This document shows positions 1 through 10,015 of a stretch of DNA of 64,000 nt, one piece after another. The notes beneath the pieces were generated by a model. It saw only the letters and a program-made list of their open reading frames with translations. It had not been told where the DNA came from and ran no database searches. The stretch is from Waddliaceae bacterium (GTDB taxonomy: Bacteria > Chlamydiota > Chlamydiia > Chlamydiales > SLFE01), in contig CAWAPJ010000010.1 of NCBI GenBank assembly GCA_963783885.1, positions 32,001 through 96,000 of the forward strand. The letters are read 5' to 3'. Each line of letters opens with the position of its first letter. Within the stretch, counting starts at the first letter, position 1. The position numbers were made by a program, and so were the translations under genes.

Positions 1-2
1 AC

Positions 3-593
3 TGGTATGCGATTCCTTTATATAGCTTGCTGACGTTCAATTGGGCGTGGATTTCCGATATTCACTGGTGCTGCAAGGAGTTTCGAAAGGGCACTGTTTC
101 GGCAAAGGACGCCGCCATTTTTTCTGCCTTCAAAGCGGCCAATCTTTTGGTTTTTGTTATTTTGCCGATATGTGTTTTGTCTGTTCCCTGGTGGGTGCCG
201 CTCCTAGGTTATCTGCTTTTGCATATGGTAGCCGGGGTCGTATCGGGAGTCATTTTTCAACTTGGGCATGTTGTGGAAGGTGTCGATTTCATTTCCCCCG
301 ATCAAGAGGGAAACCTGCCTTATGACTGGGCCTTTCATGAAATGCTCACAACGTCCAATTGCTGCACAAAAAGCCGATGGGTCGCCTTTTGGGTCGGCGG
401 CTTGAACTATCAAATCGAACACCATTTGTTTCCAAATATCTGCCATGTCCATTATCTTTGGATTTCCGATATCGTCAAACAAACCGCTGAAGAATATAAT
501 GTTCCCTATAAGGTGATCCCTACCTTTTGGGGCGCAGTCGCCTCGCATTTAAGAACGCTGAAAAAGCTGGGACGAAAGAAACAATGGCCATGA
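3..593 (+). CDS. Fatty acid (acyl-CoA) desaturase, 5'-partial
   Basis: Frame is open from the window edge. Third His box GGLNYQIEHHLFP and FQLGHVVE present; hydrophobic segments. Confidence 0.9.
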   Translation, partial: WYAIPLYSLLTFNWAWISDIHWCCKEFRKGTVSAKDAAIFSAFKAANLLVFVILPICVLSVPWWVPLLGYLLLHMVAGVVSGVIFQLGHVVEGVDFISPDQEGNLPYDWAFHEMLTTSNCCTKSRWVAFWVGGLNYQIEHHLFPNICHVHYLWISDIVKQTAEEYNVPYKVIPTFWGAVASHLRTLKKLGRKKQWP

Positions 594-1522
594 AAAAACC
601 GCATATACCGATTCTTGTTCAGCAGTGGCTGGAATTTTTGGACGGCGCTGCAATCAAAATCTATGTTGACGGAACTCTCGGCGCCGGAGGGCATGCCAGA
701 GCTGTTCTTGAAGCTCATGAGGAAATCGAATCTTTTATCGGAATTGATCAGGACCCCGACGCCCTTAAAATTGCTTCCCATGAACTTAAGGAATGGGAAA
801 AGAAGACAACGCTTATCCATGACAATTTTGAGAATATAGAAGCCATCCTCTCTTCGAGGGGGATTGATAAAATAGACGGCATGTTATTGGATTTGGGCGT
901 CTCTTCGATGCAGTTGGATGAAAAAGACAGGGGATTTAGTTTCAGGCATGCGGGCCGGCTGGATATGAGAATGAATCCGGGCAAAGAGCTGAGCGCCGAG
1001 ATCATTGTGAATACATGGCCGGAGGGCGACCTCGCCCGTATTTTCAGAGAATACGGGGAGGAAAGACAATGGAAGAGGGCGGCGAAAGCGATCGTCGAAA
1101 AGAGGAAGGAAGGGCCGATAGAAACAACCAAGGATTTGGTCGGGGTTCTAAGCACCGTACTGATAAAGAACAAGAAAAAAGACATTCACCCTGCCACAAA
1201 AATTTTTCAGGCCCTTAGGATCGCTGTCAACAGCGAGCTGGAGGTGTTGCGCGCTTCTTTACCTAGAATCATCGCCCGCCTTAGACACGGGGGCATCTTC
1301 GGGGTGATTACTTTTCACAGTCTTGAAGACCGCATTGTAAAAAATTTATTCCGCGATGAAGCGAGCGACAAACAGAATACTTCCGGCTTGGCGGGACTTT
1401 TTCTCGAAAAAGAAAAAACAGTCTCCCTTCTCTCCAGAAAACCTGTCCGTCCGTCGAAAGAAGAGGTTGACTCGAATCCTAGAAGCCGCAGCGCCAAACT
1501 AAGAGTGGTGAGGAGGCGATGA
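590..1522 (+). CDS. rsmH: 16S rRNA m4C1402 methyltransferase RsmH (MraW)
   Basis: VDGTLGAGGHA, DLGVSSMQLD, LDMRM and NPRSRSAKLR motifs. Start placed at the ATGA overlap with the desaturase stop (ATG 584 is an alternative). Confidence 0.95.
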   Translation: MKKPHIPILVQQWLEFLDGAAIKIYVDGTLGAGGHARAVLEAHEEIESFIGIDQDPDALKIASHELKEWEKKTTLIHDNFENIEAILSSRGIDKIDGMLLDLGVSSMQLDEKDRGFSFRHAGRLDMRMNPGKELSAEIIVNTWPEGDLARIFREYGEERQWKRAAKAIVEKRKEGPIETTKDLVGVLSTVLIKNKKKDIHPATKIFQALRIAVNSELEVLRASLPRIIARLRHGGIFGVITFHSLEDRIVKNLFRDEASDKQNTSGLAGLFLEKEKTVSLLSRKPVRPSKEEVDSNPRSRSAKLRVVRRR

Positions 1523-1803
1523 AAGGTGTGCTTTTAAGAGTACTCTTTTGCGTTTTTATTGCCGGCGCAACTCTTTACGCATTTATTGAAAGGCAAAACC
1601 GCATGACAAAAATGCGGCTCGAGATCCCCGCGTTGGAAAAAGAGGTGCGCACGCTAAAGGAAGAGAGCAGAAGGTTGAAATACGAGATCGAGATGTTTGA
1701 AAATCCCGTTCATTTGATTGAGCTCTTGCAAAAACCCGAATTTGGCCATCTCAAACATCCCCATCTCGATGAGGTTACGATTTTTGAATATGAAAACAGA
1801 TAG
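1519..1803 (+). CDS. ftsL: Cell division protein FtsL-like
   Basis: 94 aa, N-terminal TM helix plus coiled coil, located between rsmH and pbp3. Confidence 0.75.
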   Translation: MKGVLLRVLFCVFIAGATLYAFIERQNRMTKMRLEIPALEKEVRTLKEESRRLKYEIEMFENPVHLIELLQKPEFGHLKHPHLDEVTIFEYENR

Positions 1804-3760
1804 CGGGGAAAAGAAAAGGGTGATATGGCTGTCAATTGTCGTGATTTGTCTTTTTTCCGTTTTGGTTGCGCAGTTTTTCACTATTCAAGTGATCAATGGG
1901 GATTATTGGAGCGAAAAAGCCAGAAGGCAGCATTACTTTTTTGTCGAAGAGCCCTTTGTCAGGGGAACGTTTTACTCCAATCCCACCATCAAAAAAGGAC
2001 ATCCGGAAAAGCCTTACCGTTTTGTGGCTGATGTGCAGAAATTCCACCTGCATGCCGATCCCGATTCCATTCCGGAAAGCGTCAGAGACCAGCTTGCAGG
2101 CAGCCTGGCTTTCCAACTGGAATTACCGCCTGAGGAGATAAGAGAGCAGCTGGGAAAAAAAAGCCGCGACAGACTGCTGGCTATGTGGCTTAGCCGCGAA
2201 AAAAAGGATGCACTCTCGGCATGGTGGAAAGAGTTTGCCAAGGAGCGGGGCATTGTACGGAACGCACTTTTTTTTGCCAGTGATTATCAGAGATCTTATC
2301 CTTTTGGAAAAATGCTCGGACAGGTCCTCCACACTGTTCAAAATCGCAGAGATGATAAAACCAAGCAGGCCATCCCTACCGGAGGGCTTGAGCTTTCTTT
2401 GAATTCCTATCTTCAAGGGAAACTGGGAAAAAGGCTTCTGATGCGCTCACCAAGGCATTCGATGGAATGGGGAGAGATCGCCATGCCCCCGGAAAATGGA
2501 GCAGATGTTTATCTGACAATCAACCATTATCTGCAAGCTGTTGCCGAAGAAGAACTGGAAAAAGGAGTCAAAAAGGCCGGGGCAAAGGGGGGGTGGGCCG
2601 TCATGATGAACCCTCATACGGGAGAGATTTTAGCTTTGGCCCAGTATCCTTTTTTTTATCCGCCTCAGTATCGCGACTATTTCAATGATCCCGATCTTAC
2701 CCCTCATACCCGCACTCGGGCTATAACCGATGCTCTAGAACCGGGTTCTATATTAAAACCTTTTGCTATTTTGACCGCTTTTATGGCCAATGAGGAGCTT
2801 GATAAAAAAATATTCGACCCGGAAGAGAAAATTTTCTGCGCCGACGGAACACTGCCGGGAAGGCAAAAGCCTATGACTGATGTCAGAGTACACAAGTATC
2901 TCAATCTTCCTATGGCTATGCAAAAATCTTCAAACATCTATATGGCCAAAGTTATCGACCGCGTGATCGACTCTCTGGGGGAAAAGTGGTATCGGGACGT
3001 TTTGGCGGATGTTTTCGGCTTTGGGACGAAAACCGATTTGGAGCTCTTCGGTGAAAGCGCCGGCGTTCTTCCGACTCCGGGAAAACTTCATCCCAACGGA
3101 AAACTTGAGTGGTCGAAACCAACACCCTATTCCCTCGCGATAGGTCACAACTTGCAGCTCACCAGCATCCAGATCTTAAGAGCATGGTCGCTCCTGGCAA
3201 ATGGAGGAAAAATGGTCAGGCCGACTCTTGTGAGAAAGGTCGTCAAAAACGGGCGGACGCTTCTCGACAACACAACCGAAAAGAGATTGCAATCTTTTCC
3301 CCAAGTGATTGATCCTTCGATTACTGCCAAGGTTGTCGAGGCCCTTCGATTCGATACAATGCCCGGGGGAACAGGCACCAGAGCTAATATTGCCGGCTTC
3401 ACCGAAATTGGAAAAAGCGGCACCTCCAGAAAAATTGAGAATGGTTCCTATACATCCAAAAAACATGTGGCCTCATTTATTGGGTTTGTCCCAGGCGATC
3501 AGTCCGAATTCATCTTGCTGGTCACAATTGACGAACCGAAAGTTTGCTACATTCCCGGTGTGGGGCACAACAATCACGGGGGTGTCTCTGCCGCGCCTGT
3601 TTTCAGAGAAATCGCGAAAAAGACTTTGGAATATTTGGGAAGGGCCCCGGACGACCCCTATGGGTACCCTCCTCAGGATCCCAGGTACGATCCCATAAAA
3701 GCCAAAAGGGTATCGGAAACTCGTCTGTTGCGGGAAAAGTATGATTCGTGGAATAAATAA
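1790..3760 (+). CDS. ftsI: Class B penicillin-binding protein (PBP3/FtsI)
   Basis: N-terminal TM; EPGSILKP (SxxK), KSSN (SxN), GKSGT motifs; dcw context. Start moved to ATG 1790. Confidence 0.92.
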   Translation: MKTDSGEKKRVIWLSIVVICLFSVLVAQFFTIQVINGDYWSEKARRQHYFFVEEPFVRGTFYSNPTIKKGHPEKPYRFVADVQKFHLHADPDSIPESVRDQLAGSLAFQLELPPEEIREQLGKKSRDRLLAMWLSREKKDALSAWWKEFAKERGIVRNALFFASDYQRSYPFGKMLGQVLHTVQNRRDDKTKQAIPTGGLELSLNSYLQGKLGKRLLMRSPRHSMEWGEIAMPPENGADVYLTINHYLQAVAEEELEKGVKKAGAKGGWAVMMNPHTGEILALAQYPFFYPPQYRDYFNDPDLTPHTRTRAITDALEPGSILKPFAILTAFMANEELDKKIFDPEEKIFCADGTLPGRQKPMTDVRVHKYLNLPMAMQKSSNIYMAKVIDRVIDSLGEKWYRDVLADVFGFGTKTDLELFGESAGVLPTPGKLHPNGKLEWSKPTPYSLAIGHNLQLTSIQILRAWSLLANGGKMVRPTLVRKVVKNGRTLLDNTTEKRLQSFPQVIDPSITAKVVEALRFDTMPGGTGTRANIAGFTEIGKSGTSRKIENGSYTSKKHVASFIGFVPGDQSEFILLVTIDEPKVCYIPGVGHNNHGGVSAAPVFREIAKKTLEYLGRAPDDPYGYPPQDPRYDPIKAKRVSETRLLREKYDSWNK

Positions 3761-3763
3761 AGC

Positions 3764-5230
3764 ATGAAACTGTTTAAATTGATTAAAGATCTTCCCGTTA
3801 ATGAAGTTTACGGATCAAAAACCGTTGAGATTACGGGTATCAGCAACCACTCGGGACGTGTCGGTCCCGGTAATCTTTTCATTGCCAAGAAGGGCTCTGT
3901 AACAGACGGCAACCTTTACACCCCCCAAGCGCTAGCCGCCGGAGCGGTGGCGATAGTGACCGATATCTACGACCCCTCCCTCAAAAACGTTACCCAAATT
4001 GTGTGTCGAAATATTCAGGAAATCGAAGGCCTTTTGGCCGCCAGGTATTACGGCAACCCTTCTCTTGATTTGTTAATGATTGGGGTCACCGGAACCAAAG
4101 GGAAAACAACCACGACCTATTTGATCCGTCATCTCCTTGACAAACAGAAGCTGCCTTGCGGTCTTTTGGGAAGCATAGAATATTGCACGGGAGGCCATCA
4201 TTATCCCGCCTCCCATACCACTGCCGATGTCCTCACTAACCAGAGAATGCTTCGAGAAATGATCCAGGAAAATTGCAGGGCGGCTGTCATGGAGGTCTCT
4301 TCGCATGCTCTTGATCAGGGGCGCGTCGACTGCATTGATTTCGACATTGCCCTCTACACCAATCTCTATCCCGACCACCTGGACTATCATGGGGATATGG
4401 AAGAGTACATCAAGTCCAAAAATAGACTCTTTGCCAATCTGGTCGATCCATCAAAAAAGATTGTCTATAACGCCGATTGCGGCATGCATAAGAGAGTTTT
4501 AGAAGGTTCAAAAGCCTCATATTTTTCCTACAGCGTCGATTCTCCTTCGAACCTTAAGGCACGGAATGTCAACCTGACCTCTGAGGGAAGTTTTTTCGAT
4601 GTGGTGTATGAAAGTCAGGTTTATTCCTGCCGCTCTCCGATTGTCGGGCTTCATAATATTTACAATGTGCTGGCGGCTCTTGCGGCAGGAGTGGTTTCGG
4701 GATTTTCTCTTCCTTATCTCGTTGAAAGCCTGAATGATTTCCCTCAAGTTCCCGGCCGGCTGGAAAGAGTGCCCAATCCTCTTGGATTGCAGATTTATGT
4801 GGATTTTGCCCATACTGGAGAGGCGGTTGAAGCTGTTCTCAAAAGCCTGCTTCCCTTGAAAAAGGGAAAGCTGATTACGGTTTTTGGCTGCGGCGGCGAC
4901 CGAGATCCCGGACGGCGCTCCTCGATGGCAAAAGCCGTGGAAAAATATGCCGATACCGCCATTGTCACATCGGATAACCCGAGATCGGAAGACCCCCAAA
5001 AAATTATTGACGAAATTATGAGAGGGTTTTCTTCCTTGGATCGGGCAGCGATTGAAGCCGACCGCGCTCTAGCGATTGAAAAAGCTGTCGATATAGCCTC
5101 TTCCGATGACTTGATATTGATTGCCGGGAAGGGACATGAAAAATATCAAATTTTTGCAAACAAAAGGATTGAATTTGATGATTGCAAAGTCGCATCGGAC
5201 ATTTGCGAAAAAAAAATGGCGGCTGTTTAG
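3764..5230 (+). CDS. murE: UDP-MurNAc-L-Ala-D-Glu:mDAP ligase
   Basis: GVTGTKGKTT P-loop, MEVSSH, DHLDYH, VDFAHT, DNPR, AGKGHE. Confidence 0.95.
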   Translation: MKLFKLIKDLPVNEVYGSKTVEITGISNHSGRVGPGNLFIAKKGSVTDGNLYTPQALAAGAVAIVTDIYDPSLKNVTQIVCRNIQEIEGLLAARYYGNPSLDLLMIGVTGTKGKTTTTYLIRHLLDKQKLPCGLLGSIEYCTGGHHYPASHTTADVLTNQRMLREMIQENCRAAVMEVSSHALDQGRVDCIDFDIALYTNLYPDHLDYHGDMEEYIKSKNRLFANLVDPSKKIVYNADCGMHKRVLEGSKASYFSYSVDSPSNLKARNVNLTSEGSFFDVVYESQVYSCRSPIVGLHNIYNVLAALAAGVVSGFSLPYLVESLNDFPQVPGRLERVPNPLGLQIYVDFAHTGEAVEAVLKSLLPLKKGKLITVFGCGGDRDPGRRSSMAKAVEKYADTAIVTSDNPRSEDPQKIIDEIMRGFSSLDRAAIEADRALAIEKAVDIASSDDLILIAGKGHEKYQIFANKRIEFDDCKVASDICEKKMAAV

Positions 5231-5897
5231 TTTTACCTTGGCAATTGCTCTGCTTTTTGCTTCCTGTTCCCATCCTCGCGTCATTGTTGTGAAGCAGGAG
5301 CCGATTGCTATGGATGGTCCCCATTTAATGAGGGGGCCGGTTATTGTCGTTGACGCCGGCCATGGTGGAAAAGATTTCGGAGCAAATTCAAAATCTCCTC
5401 ATTATGAAGAAAAAGCCCTCGCCTTAGAAACGGCCTTTTTACTTGAGCACTACCTTCAAAGGATGGGCTACCGTACGGTCCTGACCCGCTCCGAAGATGT
5501 TTTCATCCCGCTGAAGAAGCGGGCCGGCATTGCCAATGATCTCGGCTCAAAGCTCTTTGTCAGCATGCACTACAACTCTGCTCCGAGCGACCGAGCTCAT
5601 GGTATCGAAGTCTTTTATTACCTGTCTGATACGAATAAAAAAAGGACTATAGAATCAAAAAATTTGGCCGAAAATGTGCTGAGAGAAGTGACCGGAGCTA
5701 CAGGAGCTAAGTCCCGCGGCGTCAAGCATGGCGATTTTGCCGTCATTAGAGAAACAAAGATGCCGGCTATCCTAGTCGAGTCGGGCTTTCTGACAAATCC
5801 TGAAGAGAGACAGCGCATCCTGCAGCGCTCCTATATGAAACAGCTTGCATATGGAGTGGCTAAAGGGGTCGATGACTACCTGAAAAGAACCCACTAA
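5178..5897 (+). CDS. amiA: N-acetylmuramoyl-L-alanine amidase (Amidase_3), possible lipoprotein
   Basis: VDAGHGG, EEK, FVSMHYN and PAILVESGF motifs; LLFASC lipobox-like signal. Start codon uncertain. Confidence 0.9.
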   Translation: MIAKSHRTFAKKKWRLFSFTLAIALLFASCSHPRVIVVKQEPIAMDGPHLMRGPVIVVDAGHGGKDFGANSKSPHYEEKALALETAFLLEHYLQRMGYRTVLTRSEDVFIPLKKRAGIANDLGSKLFVSMHYNSAPSDRAHGIEVFYYLSDTNKKRTIESKNLAENVLREVTGATGAKSRGVKHGDFAVIRETKMPAILVESGFLTNPEERQRILQRSYMKQLAYGVAKGVDDYLKRTH

Positions 5898-5903
5898 AAG
5901 AGA

Positions 5904-5977
5904 TGCCCTCGGCGCGATTCGAACGCGCGACCTAGCGCTTAGGAGGCGCTCGCTCTATCCAGCTGAGCTACGAGGAC
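5904..5977 (-). tRNA. tRNA-Arg(CCT)
   Basis: Reverse complement GTCCTCGTAGCTCAGCTGGATAGAGC...CTCCTAA...GTTCGAATC...CGAGGGCA folds as a cloverleaf. Confidence 0.95.
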
Positions 5978-6189
5978 ATAGCTCTAATACTAAATCCTTC
6001 TAAAAAAAATGTCCACAAACAATTCTTTCTTGCAGATTTTGACATTTAATTTTGTTTTGTGCATGATTGAGTCATAATCATTTGCTAATTAAAAATTTAT
6101 GTTATCGACGCTCTCATCCGCATTGTGTCCTTAATCATGATCGGTTATTCTAAGGGTATATCCAGAAGAGAATTTCAAGGGGTTTAGTT

Positions 6190-7641
6190 ATGGCAGATGC
6201 AGACATCGGACTTATCGGTCTTGCCGTTATGGGGCAAAACCTTGTCCTGAATATGAATGATCATGGGTATACTGTGGCGGTTTTTAACCGCACGGTGTCT
6301 AAAGTCGACGACTTTCTGAATGGTCCCGCCAAAGGGACAAAGATTATTGGAACCCACGACCTAAAAGAATTTATCTCCAAACTGAAAAGACCTCGCAAAG
6401 TGATGCTTATGGTGAAGGCCGGACAGGCAGTCGACGCTTTTATCGACAAAGTTGTCCCCTTGCTAGACAAAGGCGATATCATCATCGACGGCGGCAACAG
6501 CCGTTTTACCGACACCAACCGCCGAACCGAAGATCTCAAGAAAAAAGGAATCCTCTTTGTCGGCACCGGAATATCCGGAGGGGAGGAGGGCGCCCGCCAC
6601 GGACCTTCGATCATGCCGGGGGGAAATCCCGATGCCTGGCCGCATGTTAAAGAAATTTTGCAGTCGATAGCGGCAAAAGCAGGCACTGGAGAGCCCTGCT
6701 GCGATTGGGTCGGCGAAAACGGTGCCGGACACTATGTCAAGATGATTCACAACGGAATCGAGTACGGAGATATTCAAATTATTTGCGAAGCTTATCAGCT
6801 TCTCCACCAGGGACTGGGGCTGACAGCCGATGAGCTGCATGAGATTTTTACCAATTGGAACGAGGGTGTTTTGAGCAGTTATCTGATCGAAATCGCCAGC
6901 CATATATTTACGCATATGGATCAGGACGGCAGACCCCTTGTGGATAAAATCCTTGATGTCGCCGGGCAAAAGGGGACAGGAAAGTGGGCCTGCATCGATG
7001 CGCTTGAACTCGGATTTCCTCTGACGCTGATCTCCGAGGCGGTCTTTGCCCGCTGCCTTTCCGCCATGAAGGAGGAAAGGGTCAACGCAAGCAGTATCCT
7101 GAAAGGACCCGATTCGCTTTTTGCCGGCAATCAAAAAGAATTCATCAATGATCTTATGCAGGCGTTGTATGCTTCGAAAATCGTCAGCTACGCGCAAGGG
7201 TTTATGCAGATGCGCGAAGCGTCTAAAGAGTATAACTGGAACATCAATTACGGAAGCGTTGCTTTGATGTGGCGTGAAGGCTGCATCATTCGAAGCAAAT
7301 TTTTGGGAAATATCAAAGAAGCTTATGATAAGAACCCAAAACTCGACAGTTTGCTGCTCGACAATTTTTTTCATGACGCGATTTCCAAAGCGCAGGAAGG
7401 TTGGAGGCGGGTTGTGATCAAAGCGATAGAGCTCGGGGTCCCAACACCTGCGTTTAGCACAGCTCTGGCTTTTTACGACGGGTATAGAACCTCGAGGCTT
7501 CCAGCTAATCTGCTTCAGGCTTTAAGAGATTATTTTGGCGCCCATACGTACGAGCGGGTGGACCAGCCGCGAGGAAAATTTTTCCATACAAACTGGACAG
7601 GAACCGGAGGCAAAGTCAGCGCAACATCATATAATGTTTAA
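6190..7641 (+). CDS. gnd: 6-phosphogluconate dehydrogenase (decarboxylating)
   Basis: IGLIGLAVMGQN, VKMIHNGIEY, GQKGTGKW, QALRDYFGAHTY. Confidence 0.97.
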   Translation: MADADIGLIGLAVMGQNLVLNMNDHGYTVAVFNRTVSKVDDFLNGPAKGTKIIGTHDLKEFISKLKRPRKVMLMVKAGQAVDAFIDKVVPLLDKGDIIIDGGNSRFTDTNRRTEDLKKKGILFVGTGISGGEEGARHGPSIMPGGNPDAWPHVKEILQSIAAKAGTGEPCCDWVGENGAGHYVKMIHNGIEYGDIQIICEAYQLLHQGLGLTADELHEIFTNWNEGVLSSYLIEIASHIFTHMDQDGRPLVDKILDVAGQKGTGKWACIDALELGFPLTLISEAVFARCLSAMKEERVNASSILKGPDSLFAGNQKEFINDLMQALYASKIVSYAQGFMQMREASKEYNWNINYGSVALMWREGCIIRSKFLGNIKEAYDKNPKLDSLLLDNFFHDAISKAQEGWRRVVIKAIELGVPTPAFSTALAFYDGYRTSRLPANLLQALRDYFGAHTYERVDQPRGKFFHTNWTGTGGKVSATSYNV

Positions 7642-7654
7642 GGAATGAAAAATT

Positions 7655-7677
7655 GGCGGGCCGCATGAAGGCCCGCC
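7655..7677. terminator. GC-rich stem-loop between gnd and the transporter gene
   Basis: GGCGGGCC-gcatgaa-GGCCCGCC. A-tract on the left only, so the function on the + strand is uncertain. Confidence 0.45.
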
Positions 7678-7687
7678 GCCTAGCACT

Positions 7688-9943
7688 ATGAATTTACTCG
7701 GAAAAATATCAAATCTGTTCTCTTCCAATCAAGAAAACGAAGGCGACGAAAAGGGATTCGGCACACTCATGGGCGTGTTTATCCCGAACATTACCTTCAT
7801 GTTCGGGGTCATCATTTTCCTCCGCCTTGGAGTGGTTGTCGGAACAGTCGGCCCCTGGTGGATGGCGGCTATTTTGTTTCTTTCCGCCGTCATCATGATT
7901 TTGACTTCCCTTTCGATCACTGCCATCGTGACAAACATGAAAGTAGGAACGGGAGGGGTATATTATATTATCTCCCGATCGGTTGGCATTGAAATCGGCG
8001 GAGCCATCGGTTTTGCTCTGTATGCCGCCCAAATCTGTTCGATTTCCCTATGCGTCAGCGGCTTTGCCTATTCTCTCCAGGACTTTATGGGCAATATCAA
8101 CATTTTTTTAGTCGAAGTGATCACGATAGCCCTTTTAGCTTTGCTGACTTTAGTCTCAACCTCTTCGGCTCTGAAAACGCAGCTGTTGATTTTTGTGATT
8201 CTCATTTTGGCAGTCATTTCCATTTTATTCGGCAGCTCCGAGAATCTCCCCGAAGCCACTTTGCCGGCATTTTATATCGGGGGGCTTGGATTCTGGGCGG
8301 CATTTTCAATAATTTACCCCGCTATGACAGGAATCGAGGCTGGTATGGCGATGTCGGGAAACTTAAAAAATCCTTCCCGGTCTCTTCCGATCGGCAATAT
8401 CACATCGCTGCTCTTTGCGGGTGCCACCTATCTCATTCTGGCGATTTTTCTCTATCGCAACATACCGACAGATATTTTGGCCTCCGACCCTTTTGCTGTG
8501 ATCGACTTTGCGAGGTGGAGATCTTTGATTTTGCTCGGAATCTGGGGAGCAACCCTCTCGAGTGCATTGGGATGTCTTCTTGGGGCTCCCAGAATGCTTC
8601 AGAGTTTTGCAGAAGACGGCATTATACCCGAAATATTTTCACAGACCTTTGGCAAGCATGGCGAACCGAGATATTCCATATTGCTTACTTTTCTTTTATC
8701 TTTAATTCTCCTCATGTCGACGACAATCGATCAGATCATCCCGATATTGGCGATGATATGCCTGATTTCCTATGGAACGCTCAATTCCGTGGCTCTGTTT
8801 GCAGAAATTATCAACAGCCCCAGCTGGCGTCCTGCAGTCAGAGTTCACTGGCTGGTTTCTTTTCTAGGGGCGCTGCTTTGTCTTTTTGTTATGTTCATGA
8901 TCGATTCCGGCTGGGCCTTTACGGCAATCATACTCGTGATTGCCATTTATCTTGTCATTTCAAGAAAACAGGTGCCGGTCAGCTTTCAGGATTTTAGGGA
9001 AAGTTTGATTTTCTTTGTCTCCCGTCTGGCCCTATACCGCCTTTCGGATTCCATCACCCATGCGATTCACTGGCATCCCCAGCTTCTGGTATTCACAAGT
9101 GCACCCGTCCAGCAGGAAAAGATGATACGGCTTGTTCATTCTCTTACTAAGCGAAGCGGTATTTTGACCTATTCGGCAGTCCTCACAGCACCGCATTTTG
9201 AAGATGAGTATCAGATCAATACATTGAAAAATTCCTTAGACGAGTATTTTAGAAAAATTGGACTGACCTGTCTGACTGTCGTTCAGTCCTATCCGACAAT
9301 CCAGGAAGGGATTATCAATCAGATTAAATCCTTTGGAATCGGACCCATTGCTCCGAACACCATTGTCCTTGGGCTTTCTCAATTCGAATCGGAAACAGTC
9401 AACTATGTAGAAATTCTCGATACCGCAAAAATTGACAAAAAGAACGTATTGATTTTTTCTTCCGGGGGAAAAGAAATTTCCGACAACATTTTTGCAAAGC
9501 GGCTAAGAAAAATGAGAAAAGAGATCGATATTTGGTGGGACGGATCCTATCGGAATAACTTTGAACTGATGCTCTCTTACACCACAACTTTGACTGACGG
9601 CATAATATGGGGAAATACCGATGTGACCTTGAAAAGTGTTGTCTCGGATGAAGGTGCCAAGGAAAATCTCGAAACCTACTTTCGCGACTATTTAACCGAA
9701 AGTCGGTTGAAATTCGGCCTTGAGATTTATGTCGAACCGGGATCTCAGGATTTTCTTCCCTATATTTCCAAGCACTCCTATGATTCTCATTTGACCTTTG
9801 TCGGCCTTCCCCAATCGGAGACCGAAGAAGAGACCTCCCGTCATATTGCTCAAATCAAAGAACAGCTCGAAACCATGGGTCCTGTCGCCCTCGTCGCCTG
9901 TTTTGACAACATCGACCACAAAGAAATCTACGATAAAAGATAA
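7688..9943 (+). CDS. APC-superfamily transporter, SLC12/cation-chloride cotransporter-like
   Basis: FGTLMGVFIP...GVIIFLRL, GGVYYIISRSVG, PAMTGIEAGMAMSGNLKNP, SPSWRP, HWHPQLLV; about 12 TM plus a long cytoplasmic C-terminus. Confidence 0.85.
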   Translation: MNLLGKISNLFSSNQENEGDEKGFGTLMGVFIPNITFMFGVIIFLRLGVVVGTVGPWWMAAILFLSAVIMILTSLSITAIVTNMKVGTGGVYYIISRSVGIEIGGAIGFALYAAQICSISLCVSGFAYSLQDFMGNINIFLVEVITIALLALLTLVSTSSALKTQLLIFVILILAVISILFGSSENLPEATLPAFYIGGLGFWAAFSIIYPAMTGIEAGMAMSGNLKNPSRSLPIGNITSLLFAGATYLILAIFLYRNIPTDILASDPFAVIDFARWRSLILLGIWGATLSSALGCLLGAPRMLQSFAEDGIIPEIFSQTFGKHGEPRYSILLTFLLSLILLMSTTIDQIIPILAMICLISYGTLNSVALFAEIINSPSWRPAVRVHWLVSFLGALLCLFVMFMIDSGWAFTAIILVIAIYLVISRKQVPVSFQDFRESLIFFVSRLALYRLSDSITHAIHWHPQLLVFTSAPVQQEKMIRLVHSLTKRSGILTYSAVLTAPHFEDEYQINTLKNSLDEYFRKIGLTCLTVVQSYPTIQEGIINQIKSFGIGPIAPNTIVLGLSQFESETVNYVEILDTAKIDKKNVLIFSSGGKEISDNIFAKRLRKMRKEIDIWWDGSYRNNFELMLSYTTTLTDGIIWGNTDVTLKSVVSDEGAKENLETYFRDYLTESRLKFGLEIYVEPGSQDFLPYISKHSYDSHLTFVGLPQSETEEETSRHIAQIKEQLETMGPVALVACFDNIDHKEIYDKR

Positions 9944-10015
9944 AGGTTTCAATAAGGTTGAAATTTTTCCACTATTTTTATTAAATAATGAGGAAATTTA
10001 AAGGCCGAAGGATCG

